Below, one piece after another: positions 49,469 to 59,800 of a stretch of 64,000 bases of DNA. A model generated the notes under the pieces. The model did no database searches, was not told where the DNA came from, and was given only the letters and a program-made list of their open reading frames with translations. A program made the position numbers and the translations under genes. The stretch is from Verrucomicrobiota bacterium (GTDB taxonomy: Bacteria; Verrucomicrobiota; Verrucomicrobiia; Limisphaerales; Palsa-1400), in assembly GCA_050014435.1 (NCBI GenBank), contig JBEKDI010000006.1:9205-73204 (forward strand), in the 5' to 3' direction. Each line of letters starts with the position of its first letter. Position 1 is the stretch's first letter.

Positions 49469-50589
49469 GGTGGGTCCTGATGAGGGTAAAAATCCATTTC
49501 ATTATCCGATTTAGTTTTTCGTGCGCAACTTTCAGGCAAATCTACCCCAATCCCATGAAGATAGGACTATTCCAAGGTGTCAATAGTTGCTGCGTGGCGA
49601 ACCAAGACTGTCTGCAAAAGCAAGCCGACATCTCTAAACCGGTTAATCAACAGCCCAATCTCCTTCTGGAACCAAGTCCGGCCGAGGCGGACCACATGGC
49701 CATGCAATCAGCCTTGGCGAATTACAAAAAGAGGGTGGCAGAGCAGCCCGATTCTGCATGGGCTTGGTATCAATACGGCGATGCGTTGCTGGGGTTGAAA
49801 CGGCCGGAGGAAGCCGTCCCCGCCTTGCGGAGGGCGGTTGAACTTTCCCCGGAGACCACACTGTTTCATTATGATCTTGGGTTGGCGTTGTATGACTTGA
49901 ATCAATCCGAGGCCGCCAGTGAAGAATTTGCCGGGATTGTGGCCACCGATCCCAAACTCAAATGCGCCTGGTCGAGTCTGATGCTGGCCGCCATGACCAA
50001 TCTGGCGTTGAGCCAGGAAAAGTTGGGCCTACGCGATGAGGCCATTCAAACATTGTTGCCGGCACTAGATACCGCCGTGGGGATTTTGTTCAACCTTGGG
50101 TTTCTGCATTTTCGCGCCAAGCGGTTTGATGCCGCGCTGCCTTATGCGCACGCGGCCTACGTCCTGAAACCCAACAACGAGGACATCGTTCATCAATACG
50201 GAACGATATTGATGGAAGTAAAGCGGCTGCGAGAAGCGGTGAAAATCCTGAAGCTGGCGACCGAGTTGAACCCTGAATGTGCCGCAGCATGGTATGACCT
50301 CGGACTGGCGCACGCCCGGCAGAAACACCGAGAAAAGGCGCGCTGCTGTTTTCTGCAATCGCTGGAAATTGAGCCGAGGCGAGCATGGTCCTATTACGAT
50401 CTAGCCTGCCTGGACGCGCTGGAGGGGAAACGAGAGGCGGCTTTTGAGCATCTGATGCGGGCAGTGGTGTGCGGATTCAAGGACGTCGGGTATCTGCTGA
50501 AGGATACCGATTTCCGGTTATTGCGGCGGGATGCGCGGTGGAAAAAATTGATCCAGCACATCCGTGATTTGGAATATGCCAACAATTAA
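49462..50589 (+). CDS. TPR repeat protein
   Basis: At least six TPR units (AWAWYQYGDALLGLKRPEEAVPALRRAVELSP; LFHYDLGLALYDLNQSEAASEEF; AAWYDLGLAHARQKHREKARCCFLQSLEIEP). The start is uncertain (TTG 49462, ATG 49480 or 49555). Confidence 0.75.
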   Translation: MLGWVLMRVKIHFIIRFSFSCATFRQIYPNPMKIGLFQGVNSCCVANQDCLQKQADISKPVNQQPNLLLEPSPAEADHMAMQSALANYKKRVAEQPDSAWAWYQYGDALLGLKRPEEAVPALRRAVELSPETTLFHYDLGLALYDLNQSEAASEEFAGIVATDPKLKCAWSSLMLAAMTNLALSQEKLGLRDEAIQTLLPALDTAVGILFNLGFLHFRAKRFDAALPYAHAAYVLKPNNEDIVHQYGTILMEVKRLREAVKILKLATELNPECAAAWYDLGLAHARQKHREKARCCFLQSLEIEPRRAWSYYDLACLDALEGKREAAFEHLMRAVVCGFKDVGYLLKDTDFRLLRRDARWKKLIQHIRDLEYANN

Positions 50590-50594
50590 AAGGA

Positions 50595-52988
50595 ATGATT
50601 ATGAATGGTGCAGATTACTGTTTCGGAATTGACCTCGGCACGTCCAATTCGTCTATCTGTTACGTCAACCCCAAAGGACGGCACCGTCTTCCCTACGTCC
50701 ATGTCGAAGCGGCAAAAATCCCGCGAGACGAAGCGGGTGAATATTCGCATCGCCTCCCGTCCGTTCTTTTCGCCACCGGTAAAATCGTGTCCGCAGGCTT
50801 TGAAGCCCAATCGAAGTGGAAGAAGGGTCGCCTGTGGGAAACCCTGTTTCCGTCGGCTAAATCGGAACTGGGCGCGCATCGGTTTTATGACGAGGCGGTC
50901 AACGAGAAATTGGACACACCGGTCAAAGTGCAGGCGGAGATTTTACGGCGGCTGATTGCCTCCGCCAAAGAACGCACCGGTGAAGATCCCCGCAAATCAA
51001 AGGTTGTCATCACTGTGCCCGCATCTTTTGAAATGGGCCAACGCAAGGACACTTTGGAGGCGGCGAAATTGGCGGGGTTGAATTTGGGCGACGGCGACCT
51101 CCTCGACGAGCCGAATGCTGCATTTCTGGATCTGGTCAACAGTCAAGCCATCGACCGGTTGGATTTATCGGCTCCCAAAAACATTCTGGTCTTCGATTTC
51201 GGCGGCGGGACCTGCGACATCTCGATCCTCCGGGTTCAACGCGATGACAAAAATGCACCGTTGGCATTGCTCATCGAAAATTTGGCGATCAGCAACTACG
51301 CGAGGCTCGGCGGTGATAATCTGGATCTGCTGTTGGTTCACAAAATTCTGCTGCCGAGAGTGTGCCGAGAGAGTGGTGTGGTGTTTGAAAGTCTTTCGGA
51401 GCGTGACAAACGCGATTTGCGATGGAACTTAAAGGAGACCGCCTGTCGCCTGAAAGAGCGGCTTTGCGAAAAGGCCATCAGCGAGCGGGAAAAAATCAAG
51501 TTCGCGAACCCCAAGCAAACGTGGACGGCGGAGGCGTTCGGGCTGTCTGACGCTGGCGTCAGCACGAAGAAAATCAAAGGAGAGCTTGCCTATTTTGAAT
51601 TTGAAAATCTGATGACGCCGTTCTTGGGCTTGTTGACCGGCAGCCAGATCACGCTAGCGGACGGTTACTACATGGGTTCAATTTTCGCTCCGGTGCTGGA
51701 GTCGCTCGACAAAGCGAGATTAAACCCTGACCAGATTGACGCGGTGCTTCTCAATGGCGGGAGTTGCCGAAATCCACTCGTGGTCCGCGCCTTTCGTGAA
51801 TTGGACATCTTTCGGAATGCGGAGATTCTCGAAAAAGGCGATCTTGACCTCGCAGTGGCTCGTGGTGCCGCCGTGCGCTGTTTCTTCAAACACTATCAGA
51901 ACTACGATCCAATCACACCCATCGTGAGTGCTGAACTTGGGGTCATCACACACGGCGAGAATCATGAAATGCTGGTGTCAGCCGGAACCCGGTTGCCGTT
52001 TCCTCCCAATGATGAGTTCAAGACATTCACCGACCGATTTTGGGTTCCCAAGGAGAAAATGGCGAAGATTCACCTGCCAATATATTCCGGCAAGGACGGA
52101 AACAGGCAACTGGTTCAAACGATGTCCCTGGAAGTGCCCAAGGAAGCCATGCGCGGCGACCGGGTGGTAGTTGAACTGAAAATCGACTTGAACAAGATCA
52201 TGCGTTTTCGCGCCTTTCTGGCAGAACACCCGAAAGTGGCGTTGGATGTGACACTGGAAAATCCGCTCGCAATGCGCAGCCTATCGGTAGAACAACGGGA
52301 GGCGCTTGAGGAACGAAAACGGATTTCAGGCAAGCGGCTTGAAAATCCTCTCTATCGGCCATCGGTTGCAGAGTTGGTTCGACTTGCCAATCTGGAACGG
52401 CTGGCCGACGAACCGGAACGGGCACTGGAAATTCTCCAACGGCTCCAGGGGCGACTAAAGAAACAAAATGAAACGCTGCCAGCGTCGGGTCACAACATTT
52501 TGGGATTGAGTTACGGGATGCTGGGGCGGCGGAATTTAAGTTTTGAACATCATCGCCAAGCGTCGGAAATGGAGCCAAATAATAGCACCTACACCGCCAA
52601 TTGTGGTTATGAACTGACGCAAATGGGAAAAGCGGAAGATGCCATTCCGTTTTTGAGACGAGCCATCTCTGCCGAACCGGCAGATGGATACGCATACGTC
52701 GTCTTGGGCGATGCGCTTCGCCAGTTGGGGCGCGAGGAGGAAGCGTTGAAAGAGTTTCAAGAGGGAAAACGACGGTTTGAAATTAAATTGCGGACATTTC
52801 CCAATAGCACGCACATGCTCAGTTGGGCTGAAGGCGCTTGCCGTCGCCTCAGTGAATATGAAGACGCGGCGGCCTTCAGCCGTCGCAGAAATGAATCTGA
52901 ACGCACCGCCTATCTTGGCGCTTCATCGGATGAGCTTGTCGCTGGCATGGACAGTGGCATCATTCGGTCCGGAGAACTCTCCGCCTGA
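50595..52988 (+). CDS. divergent Hsp70 (DnaK-like NBD + SBD-beta) with a C-terminal TPR domain replacing the lid
   Basis: The actin-fold motifs occur in order: GIDLGTSNS, DEPNAAF, VFDFGGGTCDIS, LNGGSCRNP. A beta-sandwich-like segment follows (ITPIVSAELGVITHGENHEMLV...VVVELKIDLNKIMRFRAF). The last ~250 aa are TPR (NILGLSYGMLGRRNLSFEHHRQASEMEPN..., YAYVVLGDALRQLGREEEALKEF). Confidence 0.85.
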   Translation: MIMNGADYCFGIDLGTSNSSICYVNPKGRHRLPYVHVEAAKIPRDEAGEYSHRLPSVLFATGKIVSAGFEAQSKWKKGRLWETLFPSAKSELGAHRFYDEAVNEKLDTPVKVQAEILRRLIASAKERTGEDPRKSKVVITVPASFEMGQRKDTLEAAKLAGLNLGDGDLLDEPNAAFLDLVNSQAIDRLDLSAPKNILVFDFGGGTCDISILRVQRDDKNAPLALLIENLAISNYARLGGDNLDLLLVHKILLPRVCRESGVVFESLSERDKRDLRWNLKETACRLKERLCEKAISEREKIKFANPKQTWTAEAFGLSDAGVSTKKIKGELAYFEFENLMTPFLGLLTGSQITLADGYYMGSIFAPVLESLDKARLNPDQIDAVLLNGGSCRNPLVVRAFRELDIFRNAEILEKGDLDLAVARGAAVRCFFKHYQNYDPITPIVSAELGVITHGENHEMLVSAGTRLPFPPNDEFKTFTDRFWVPKEKMAKIHLPIYSGKDGNRQLVQTMSLEVPKEAMRGDRVVVELKIDLNKIMRFRAFLAEHPKVALDVTLENPLAMRSLSVEQREALEERKRISGKRLENPLYRPSVAELVRLANLERLADEPERALEILQRLQGRLKKQNETLPASGHNILGLSYGMLGRRNLSFEHHRQASEMEPNNSTYTANCGYELTQMGKAEDAIPFLRRAISAEPADGYAYVVLGDALRQLGREEEALKEFQEGKRRFEIKLRTFPNSTHMLSWAEGACRRLSEYEDAAAFSRRRNESERTAYLGASSDELVAGMDSGIIRSGELSA

Positions 52989-53002
52989 CCGTCTCCGTCA
53001 AA

Positions 53003-53521
53003 ATGAAGAAAAAAAATCAATCAATTCGTAACCGGCGGAAAAAAGTGAGCCAACCAAAGGCGAGCCGTCCCAGACGTCCGCGCCGGGTGCATCTGGCCAT
53101 ACGCAAACTGCTCGACACCACCAATCATATTCAGGCGCGGGCGGCGGAATTGGAAAATGCCCTTGATGAATTGCGTGAGCAGGAGAGGATCAAAGCAGTG
53201 AAAGATTTATTGCTCGCGCTCCGAAACAGCGCCAACGGTGATTTGTTGCGGTTTGATTCAACCGTGCCGGTCGAGAATGACCGCACGCGAGCAATTGTCG
53301 ATGCGGTTAGCGAGGCATTTTCCATCGTGCCGTTGCACCAGATTGGGGAGCGAATTCCGGTTCGTGACGGAAAAATTCCTGACAGCTTGGAACTGGATCG
53401 TTCCATCGGCGAAGAAGTCGGGAAATGTGTTGCGGCTGAAATTGTGTCCGTCGGCTGGAAGTTCAAGGAACAAACGATCATCAAGCCCGTGGTTCGGCCT
53501 TTGTTCCGGGCATCCTCGTGA
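53003..53521 (+). CDS. GrpE-like putative nucleotide-exchange factor (weak assignment)
   Basis: A basic N-terminus is followed by a coiled-coil (ARAAELENALDELREQERIKAVKDLL). A C-terminal segment IVPLHQIGERIPVRDGKIP......VAAEIVSVGWKFKEQTIIKPVVRP parallels the GrpE pattern (G.PFDP..H.A......V..V.QKGY...GR.LRPA.V). The gene is solid; the function is inferred. Confidence 0.45.
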   Translation: MKKKNQSIRNRRKKVSQPKASRPRRPRRVHLAIRKLLDTTNHIQARAAELENALDELREQERIKAVKDLLLALRNSANGDLLRFDSTVPVENDRTRAIVDAVSEAFSIVPLHQIGERIPVRDGKIPDSLELDRSIGEEVGKCVAAEIVSVGWKFKEQTIIKPVVRPLFRASS

Positions 53522-56500
53522 CGCAACAGATGATTGAATTGCCAATGTCAAACTTGAGATTATACACTAGCAACCGGCTGGAGAACTTGGCGGAAGGCCT
53601 GGCCGAGGGCGTCCGTCGTCCGCTCCGTTCTCCGCTCGAACCGGAAACCATTCTGGTGCAAAGCCAGGGCATGGCCCGCTGGCTCAAGCTTCAACTGGCC
53701 CGGCACCACGGCATTTGCAGCAACTGCCAGTTTCCGTTCCCGCGCGCCTTCAGCTACGAGGCCTTCAAGACAGTGCTGGGCGACCTGCCGGCGGAGGAGA
53801 CCTACAACCCCGAGGTGTTGATCTGGCAGGTCATGAAGCAGATGCCGGGGTTTCTGGAACAGCCCGGGTTTGAAGCCGTGAAAAACTATCTGGGAACAGA
53901 ACATGACGACCGGAAGCTTTATCAACTGGCAGACCGTATCGCCAACGCGTTCGACCAGTATCTGGTTTTCCGGCCCGAAATGATCCGGCAATGGGAAGCC
54001 GGAGCCGACCAGGATTGGCAGGCGAAATTGTGGCGCGAGGTCAGTGTCCCGTTTCGTAATCAACATCCGGCCGCGTTGCAATCCAGACTCATCCAGCAAT
54101 TGGAACAGACCGGCGATCCAATTGCGGGCTTGCCGGAACGGGTCGCCATTTTCGGCGTCTCGGCGCTTCCGCCGTTTTACCTTCGCATTTTTGCGGCGTT
54201 GTCCCGCCACGTTGAGGTCAGCCTCTACCTCCTGCAACCCTGCGAACAATTCTGGGGCTATATCAGTTCCGTGCGCGAGCAGGAGAAAACCCTGAAACGC
54301 GCCGGCAAAGGTGCCGCCGAGGCAGACCAACTGCACTTGGAGCGAGGCAATCGTTTGCTTGCCTCAATGGGGCAACTGGGCAGGGATTTCCTTTTGGTTC
54401 TGCAAGAAGCCGGCGACTGGCACGAATCGGAGCCGTCGCGGTTTGAAGCCACCGGCCAGGAACACCTCCTTTCCTGCATCCAAACCGACATTTTGAATTT
54501 GGAAGACAGCCTGACCGGTGAAAGCGCCAAGAAAGTTATTACGGCCAAAGACGATTCCGTCCAAGTCCACTCGTGCCACAGCCCACTGCGGGAATTGGAA
54601 GTGCTTTACGACCATCTGTTGGACTGGTTCGAGCGCGACCCCAATCTTGCGCCGCGTGACATTTTGGTGATGATCCCGGACATCGAGTTGTATGCGCCCT
54701 ATATCCAGGCGGTATTCGGTTCCCCCGAACAGGATTCGTTTCGCATCCCCTTCAGTGTTGCCGACCGGACGGCACGGACGCAGAGCCACCTGATTGACAC
54801 CTTCCTGTTCTTGCTAAACCTCTCGGACTCGCGTCTCGGTGCCAGCCAAGTGCTCACGTTGCTGGAATCCGAGCCCGTCCGCCGGAAGTTCGAGCTGGAC
54901 GAAGACGACTTGGAACTGGCGCGGCACTGGGTTGAAGAGGTTCGCATCCGATGGGGGCAGGACGGAGAACAGCGGGCCGGTCTGGGCCTGCCCTCATGGT
55001 CCGAAAACACCTGGCGACATGGCATGGAGCGGTTGCTTTTGGGCTACGCCATGTCCGGAAATGGAGAGCAACTTTTTGAAAAAATCCTCCCCTACGATGA
55101 TATCGAGGGCAACCCGAGTGAAGTTTTAGGCCGCATGGCGGAATTTATTGAACGCCTCTTTACCGCCCTTGGGTCCCTCAAGACGGCACGGCCGCTGAAT
55201 GAATGGGCGGCAACTTTCCATTCCATCTTGGAAAATCTTTTTGAAACCAGCGAAGAGGAGGCCCAGGAGTTGCAGGTTCTCAACGCCTGTTTTGAAAAAC
55301 TCGCAGCAGCGGTGGAACGCGCGGGCTTTAATCAACCGGTTGGACTGGCAGTCGTGCTTGAACAGTTGAATCGTGATTTGTCGGAGGATTACTTCGGTTC
55401 GGGTTATCTGACCGGGGGCGTCACTTTCTGCGCTTTGAAGCCGATGCGGAGCATACCGGACAAGGTGATTTGCCTGCTGGGAATGAATGATCGTTCCTTC
55501 CCGCGCACCTCCCCGCAGTTGAGCTTTGATCTCATGGCCCTAAAGCCCCAACTGGGCGACCGCTCCAGCCGGGCGGACGACCGCTACCTGTTTCTCGAAA
55601 CGCTCATCTCGGCCCGCGACCGGATTTATATCAGCTATGTCGGCCAGTCGATTAAAGACAATAGCGAAGCGCCACCATCCGTGCTGGTTAGCGAACTGTT
55701 CGATTATGTGGCCCAACGATTTGAGCTTCCCGGCAAAGACATCGTTGAGGATCACATCTTGACCCGGCACCGTTTGCAGGCTTTCAGCACCGCCTATTTC
55801 AAAGGCGGAAGTTTATTCAGCTACTCGCGGGAGAATCTCAAGGCCAGTCAGGTCATCGCGCCGGAACGTAAGACACCCGGTGATTTTATTCCCAAGCCGC
55901 TGGCCAGTCCCGAATCGGAATGGCAGCGACTGAGCATCCAGACGCTGGCGGGGTTCTTTTGCAACCCGTCAAAATTTCTGGCGGAGAAACGTTTGGGTCT
56001 GAAATTGCCAGATGGTGCAGCGGCATTGGATGAACGCGAGGCGTTCGATATCGCGGGATTGGACCGCTATCAACTCCAGCAGGAACTGCTGGAATTGAAG
56101 TTGGGAGGCATGAGCTTGAAGGACTCATGCGAACTGGTCAGAGCTTCCGGGCGGCTGCCTGCTGGTATTTCCGGCAGTGTCCATTTTGCGCAAGTTCGCC
56201 GGGATGTTGAAGTTTTCAGCAAACGGTTGCTGCCATTCAATCCCGGCAGTTTTCAAACTCCGGTGCCATTCGAGCTGACCATCAACAATTTCGTGTTGAG
56301 TGGCAATATCAGCCACGCAACACCCGATGGGGGATTGCTCTTCTACCGCCTTGCTAACGTTAAGCCAAAAGACCTTTTGCGGGCTTGGGTTGAGCATATT
56401 GTTTATCACGCTACTCGCGCTGAGGGCGAGACGGCAGAAACCGTTATCGTAGGCACCGAATCCATCTGGAAAATCGCGCCCATTTCAGAACCACTGCCCG

Positions 56501-56817
56501 TGCTCGAAAAATTGCTCACAAATTATTGGGCCGGTCTGTCCGAGCCGTTGAAATTCTTTCCGGAAAGTTCGTTTGCTTTTGCGGAGGCGGATTACAAGGC
56601 ACAAACCGGCACACAAGGCAAAACATCCAAAAACCCGATCGACTTTGCTTTGGAAAAGTGGAACGGGAACGACTTCTTTGGGTCGCCCGGGGAATGTCTG
56701 GACGAATATGTTTCCTTGTTCTTCAAAACCGAAGACGCGCTGGCCGGAGATTTTGAACCCCGCGCCAGGGACGTGTTTCAACCGCTCTTGGAAAATTCTG
56801 AGGAGGTCAAAGAATGA
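53518..56817 (+). CDS. recC: exodeoxyribonuclease V gamma subunit
   Basis: About 1090 aa. The N-terminus MSNLRLYTSNRLENLAEGL is typical of RecC (ATG at 53545; a GTG at 53518 overlaps the upstream stop). It is followed by recB and recD with ATGA overlaps. Confidence 0.9.
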   Translation: MTQQMIELPMSNLRLYTSNRLENLAEGLAEGVRRPLRSPLEPETILVQSQGMARWLKLQLARHHGICSNCQFPFPRAFSYEAFKTVLGDLPAEETYNPEVLIWQVMKQMPGFLEQPGFEAVKNYLGTEHDDRKLYQLADRIANAFDQYLVFRPEMIRQWEAGADQDWQAKLWREVSVPFRNQHPAALQSRLIQQLEQTGDPIAGLPERVAIFGVSALPPFYLRIFAALSRHVEVSLYLLQPCEQFWGYISSVREQEKTLKRAGKGAAEADQLHLERGNRLLASMGQLGRDFLLVLQEAGDWHESEPSRFEATGQEHLLSCIQTDILNLEDSLTGESAKKVITAKDDSVQVHSCHSPLRELEVLYDHLLDWFERDPNLAPRDILVMIPDIELYAPYIQAVFGSPEQDSFRIPFSVADRTARTQSHLIDTFLFLLNLSDSRLGASQVLTLLESEPVRRKFELDEDDLELARHWVEEVRIRWGQDGEQRAGLGLPSWSENTWRHGMERLLLGYAMSGNGEQLFEKILPYDDIEGNPSEVLGRMAEFIERLFTALGSLKTARPLNEWAATFHSILENLFETSEEEAQELQVLNACFEKLAAAVERAGFNQPVGLAVVLEQLNRDLSEDYFGSGYLTGGVTFCALKPMRSIPDKVICLLGMNDRSFPRTSPQLSFDLMALKPQLGDRSSRADDRYLFLETLISARDRIYISYVGQSIKDNSEAPPSVLVSELFDYVAQRFELPGKDIVEDHILTRHRLQAFSTAYFKGGSLFSYSRENLKASQVIAPERKTPGDFIPKPLASPESEWQRLSIQTLAGFFCNPSKFLAEKRLGLKLPDGAAALDEREAFDIAGLDRYQLQQELLELKLGGMSLKDSCELVRASGRLPAGISGSVHFAQVRRDVEVFSKRLLPFNPGSFQTPVPFELTINNFVLSGNISHATPDGGLLFYRLANVKPKDLLRAWVEHIVYHATRAEGETAETVIVGTESIWKIAPISEPLPVLEKLLTNYWAGLSEPLKFFPESSFAFAEADYKAQTGTQGKTSKNPIDFALEKWNGNDFFGSPGECLDEYVSLFFKTEDALAGDFEPRARDVFQPLLENSEEVKE

Positions 56818-59800
56818 ATGCGCCATCTCCATTCATTCTGACGGAGACACCTTTGACCCGTGGCGTCAGCCTCATCGAGGCCAGTGCCGGCACCGGCAAA
56901 ACCTACGCCATCACGGCCCTGTTTGTGCGGCTGATCGTGGAGGAAAACCTTTCGGTGCGAGAGATTCTTGCAGTCACCTACACGGAGGCGGCGACCGAAG
57001 AACTGCGCCACCGCGTGCGTCAGGCGTTGGTCAACGCCTTGCAAGCCTTTACTTCCGACGAAAGCGGAGTCCCATTTCTCAAGGCACTCGTTGCCAGATT
57101 CCGGGAACAATCCGCAGAGATGGTGGCGCGTCTGCAAAATGCCCTTTGCGATTTCGACGAGGCGCCGATCTACACGATTCATGGTTTCTGTCAGCGGACG
57201 CTCCGGGATCGGGCCTTCGAGAGCGGCTTGCTCTTCGACACCGAGTTGGTCACGGACCCATCGGAGTTTTTACAGGAGATCGCCGACGACTTCTGGCGCA
57301 AACGGTTTTACGAGGCCGGGCCGACCCTGGTAAATTTTGCGCTCAAGAACAAATTCGGCCCGGAACATTTTCTTAACCTGCTGCGAACCTGCAACAATTA
57401 CCCGCACATCGAATTCTTGTCGCAAGCCAAAGGCCACACGTTTGATTCGCTTTCGGCGGAACTGGAGAGCCGCTTTCTGTCCGCTCGTAAAGCGTGGCTC
57501 TCGGACGCAGACAAGATTAAGGCCTGCTTCGGTTCGACCATCAAATGGGGGAACAAACCTTACAACGATGACGAAGCAATGGCTTATCTATTCGACCAGC
57601 TCGACACCTGCTTTTCCGAGAGCGATACGGCCTTCGAAGCCTTGTCGGCTCTGACCGATTTTTGCGTCAGCCAGTTGCAGGAAAAAAGAAACAAACGATC
57701 CAAGTCCCCGCCACCGATTCCATCGCATCCCTTTTTCGACCTGTGTGAGGCTGTATGCCGGGCGGAACAACTTTGGCTGGCCGGCATCCAACTCGCCTTC
57801 GTGGAATATGCAAAAACAGAGCTTCCGCGCCGGAAGACCGAACGCAAAATTCAATATTTTGATGACCTGCTGACGCGGCTGGATGCCACCCTTTCAGGGC
57901 CGGGCGGTGAATCTCTAGCCTCAAACATGCAAGCCCGCTACCGGGCCGCCTTGATTGATGAATTTCAGGACACCGACCCGGTTCAGTATTCAATTTTTCG
58001 TCAGGCTTTCTCGGGTGGAAACACCTTCCTCTTCCTGATTGGCGACCCCAAGCAGGCGATCTATGGATTCCGTGGGGCGGACATCTTCACCTACCTCGAA
58101 GCTTCTGGTCAGGCCACCAGCCGTTATACGCTTGGGGAAAATTGGCGCTCCGAGTCTGGTCTGGTCACGGCGGTGAATAAACTCTTCAGCGCATCGCCCA
58201 GCAGCTTTGTATTTGATCGCATCGGATTTCAGGAAGCCGTGCCCAAAGGCAACGCCAATGACGAACCGCTCACATTGGAGAACAAGAAGGAGCCGCCATT
58301 CCAACTCTGGTTCATGCGGCGCAATGGCTCGAAGGAAATTTCAAAAACTTCAGTGACAAAAATATTGCCGCAAGTTGTGGCCACCGAGATTGTCCGGTTG
58401 CTCAACGGCAACACGAAGATCGGCGAGTGCCGGCTCAAACCTGAAGACATCGCCGTGTTGGTGCTGACGAACCGGCAGGCTGCCAACGTTCAGGAGGCTT
58501 TGAGCGAATTCAAAATTCCGAGCGTGCTTCACACCACCGCCAGCTTGTTTGAATCCCATGAAGCGGCAGAACTTCACCGAGTTCTGGCCGGCATTGCTCT
58601 GCCGGGCGACGAGCGCCTCGTCAAGTCCGCCCTTGCCACCGATATCTTCGGCATGGATGGCTGCCAGTTGGCGGAATGTTCCGAGGCCCAATGGCACGAG
58701 TGGTTGTTGCTCTTTCACGAATACCTCGAAGTCTGGAACCGTCATGGCTTTTTCCGGATGTTCCGACTTTGCCTGCAACGGCAACAGGTGCGGCAGCGCC
58801 TGCTGGCCTTTCCCGATGGTGAACGCCGGCTCACCAACATTCTTCACCTCGGAGAGGTTCTGCATAATGCTGAAACCGAGCGACGGCTGGGCGTAACCGG
58901 CCTGCAAAAATGGCTGGCCGAACAAATGGGCCAGTCTGAGGAAGCCCCGGAGGACCACCAGTTGCGTTTGGAACGGGACGACAACGCCGTGCGTATCGTC
59001 ACCGTGCATAAAAGCAAAGGACTTGAGTATCCCGTGACCTTCTGCCTCTTTTCATGGAAGGATTCGGAAATAAAGCGAGGCTCCGAGGAACTGGTTTATT
59101 TTCATGACGCCGCGCAGGGAAACAAGCTGGTGCGCGACTTGGGCCCTGACATTGCCGACGAGCATCGGCAACAGGCCAAGCAGGAGCGTCTGGCCGAAAA
59201 CGTGCGCCTGCTATATGTTGCACTGACGCGGGCCAGTCACCGCTGCTATTTCACTTGGGGCGATGTCAAAGGGGCTGCAACTTCCGCACCCTCTTGGTTG
59301 CTCCACCGCCCACCGACCACAACCGGTCCGCTGCTGGAAACACTTGAAGCGCACTTCAAATCCTTGAGCGATGAATCCATGCTGAAGGACTTGATCCCGC
59401 TGGGGGAGAAGTCGAACGGTGCTCTTGCCGTCTCCGACCTGCCCGAGCCAGCGAAAGCCGTTTACAAACCTGAAAATGATGGCAGCGCAATCTTGGAATG
59501 CCGCCAGTTTAAGGGGCTCATCCGGCGGGATTGGGTCATCTCCAGTTTCACCTATTTCAAGGCGGGTTTGCACGAGGAACTTCCTGACCGCGATGCGGTC
59601 GCCGCTCCGGCAAAGGAAGAGGCTCCCGGAAAAGGGATGTTCGCTTTTCCAAGAGGAATGAAGGCCGGCACTTGCCTCCACGAAATTTTGGAGAAACTTG
59701 CTTTCAATGCCACCGGCGAAGACATGCTCAAGCTCGTCAATCAACGGTTGCCGGCACATGGTCTGGCCGGCCCGGGCCATTGCGAAGCGGTTCAGCAGAT

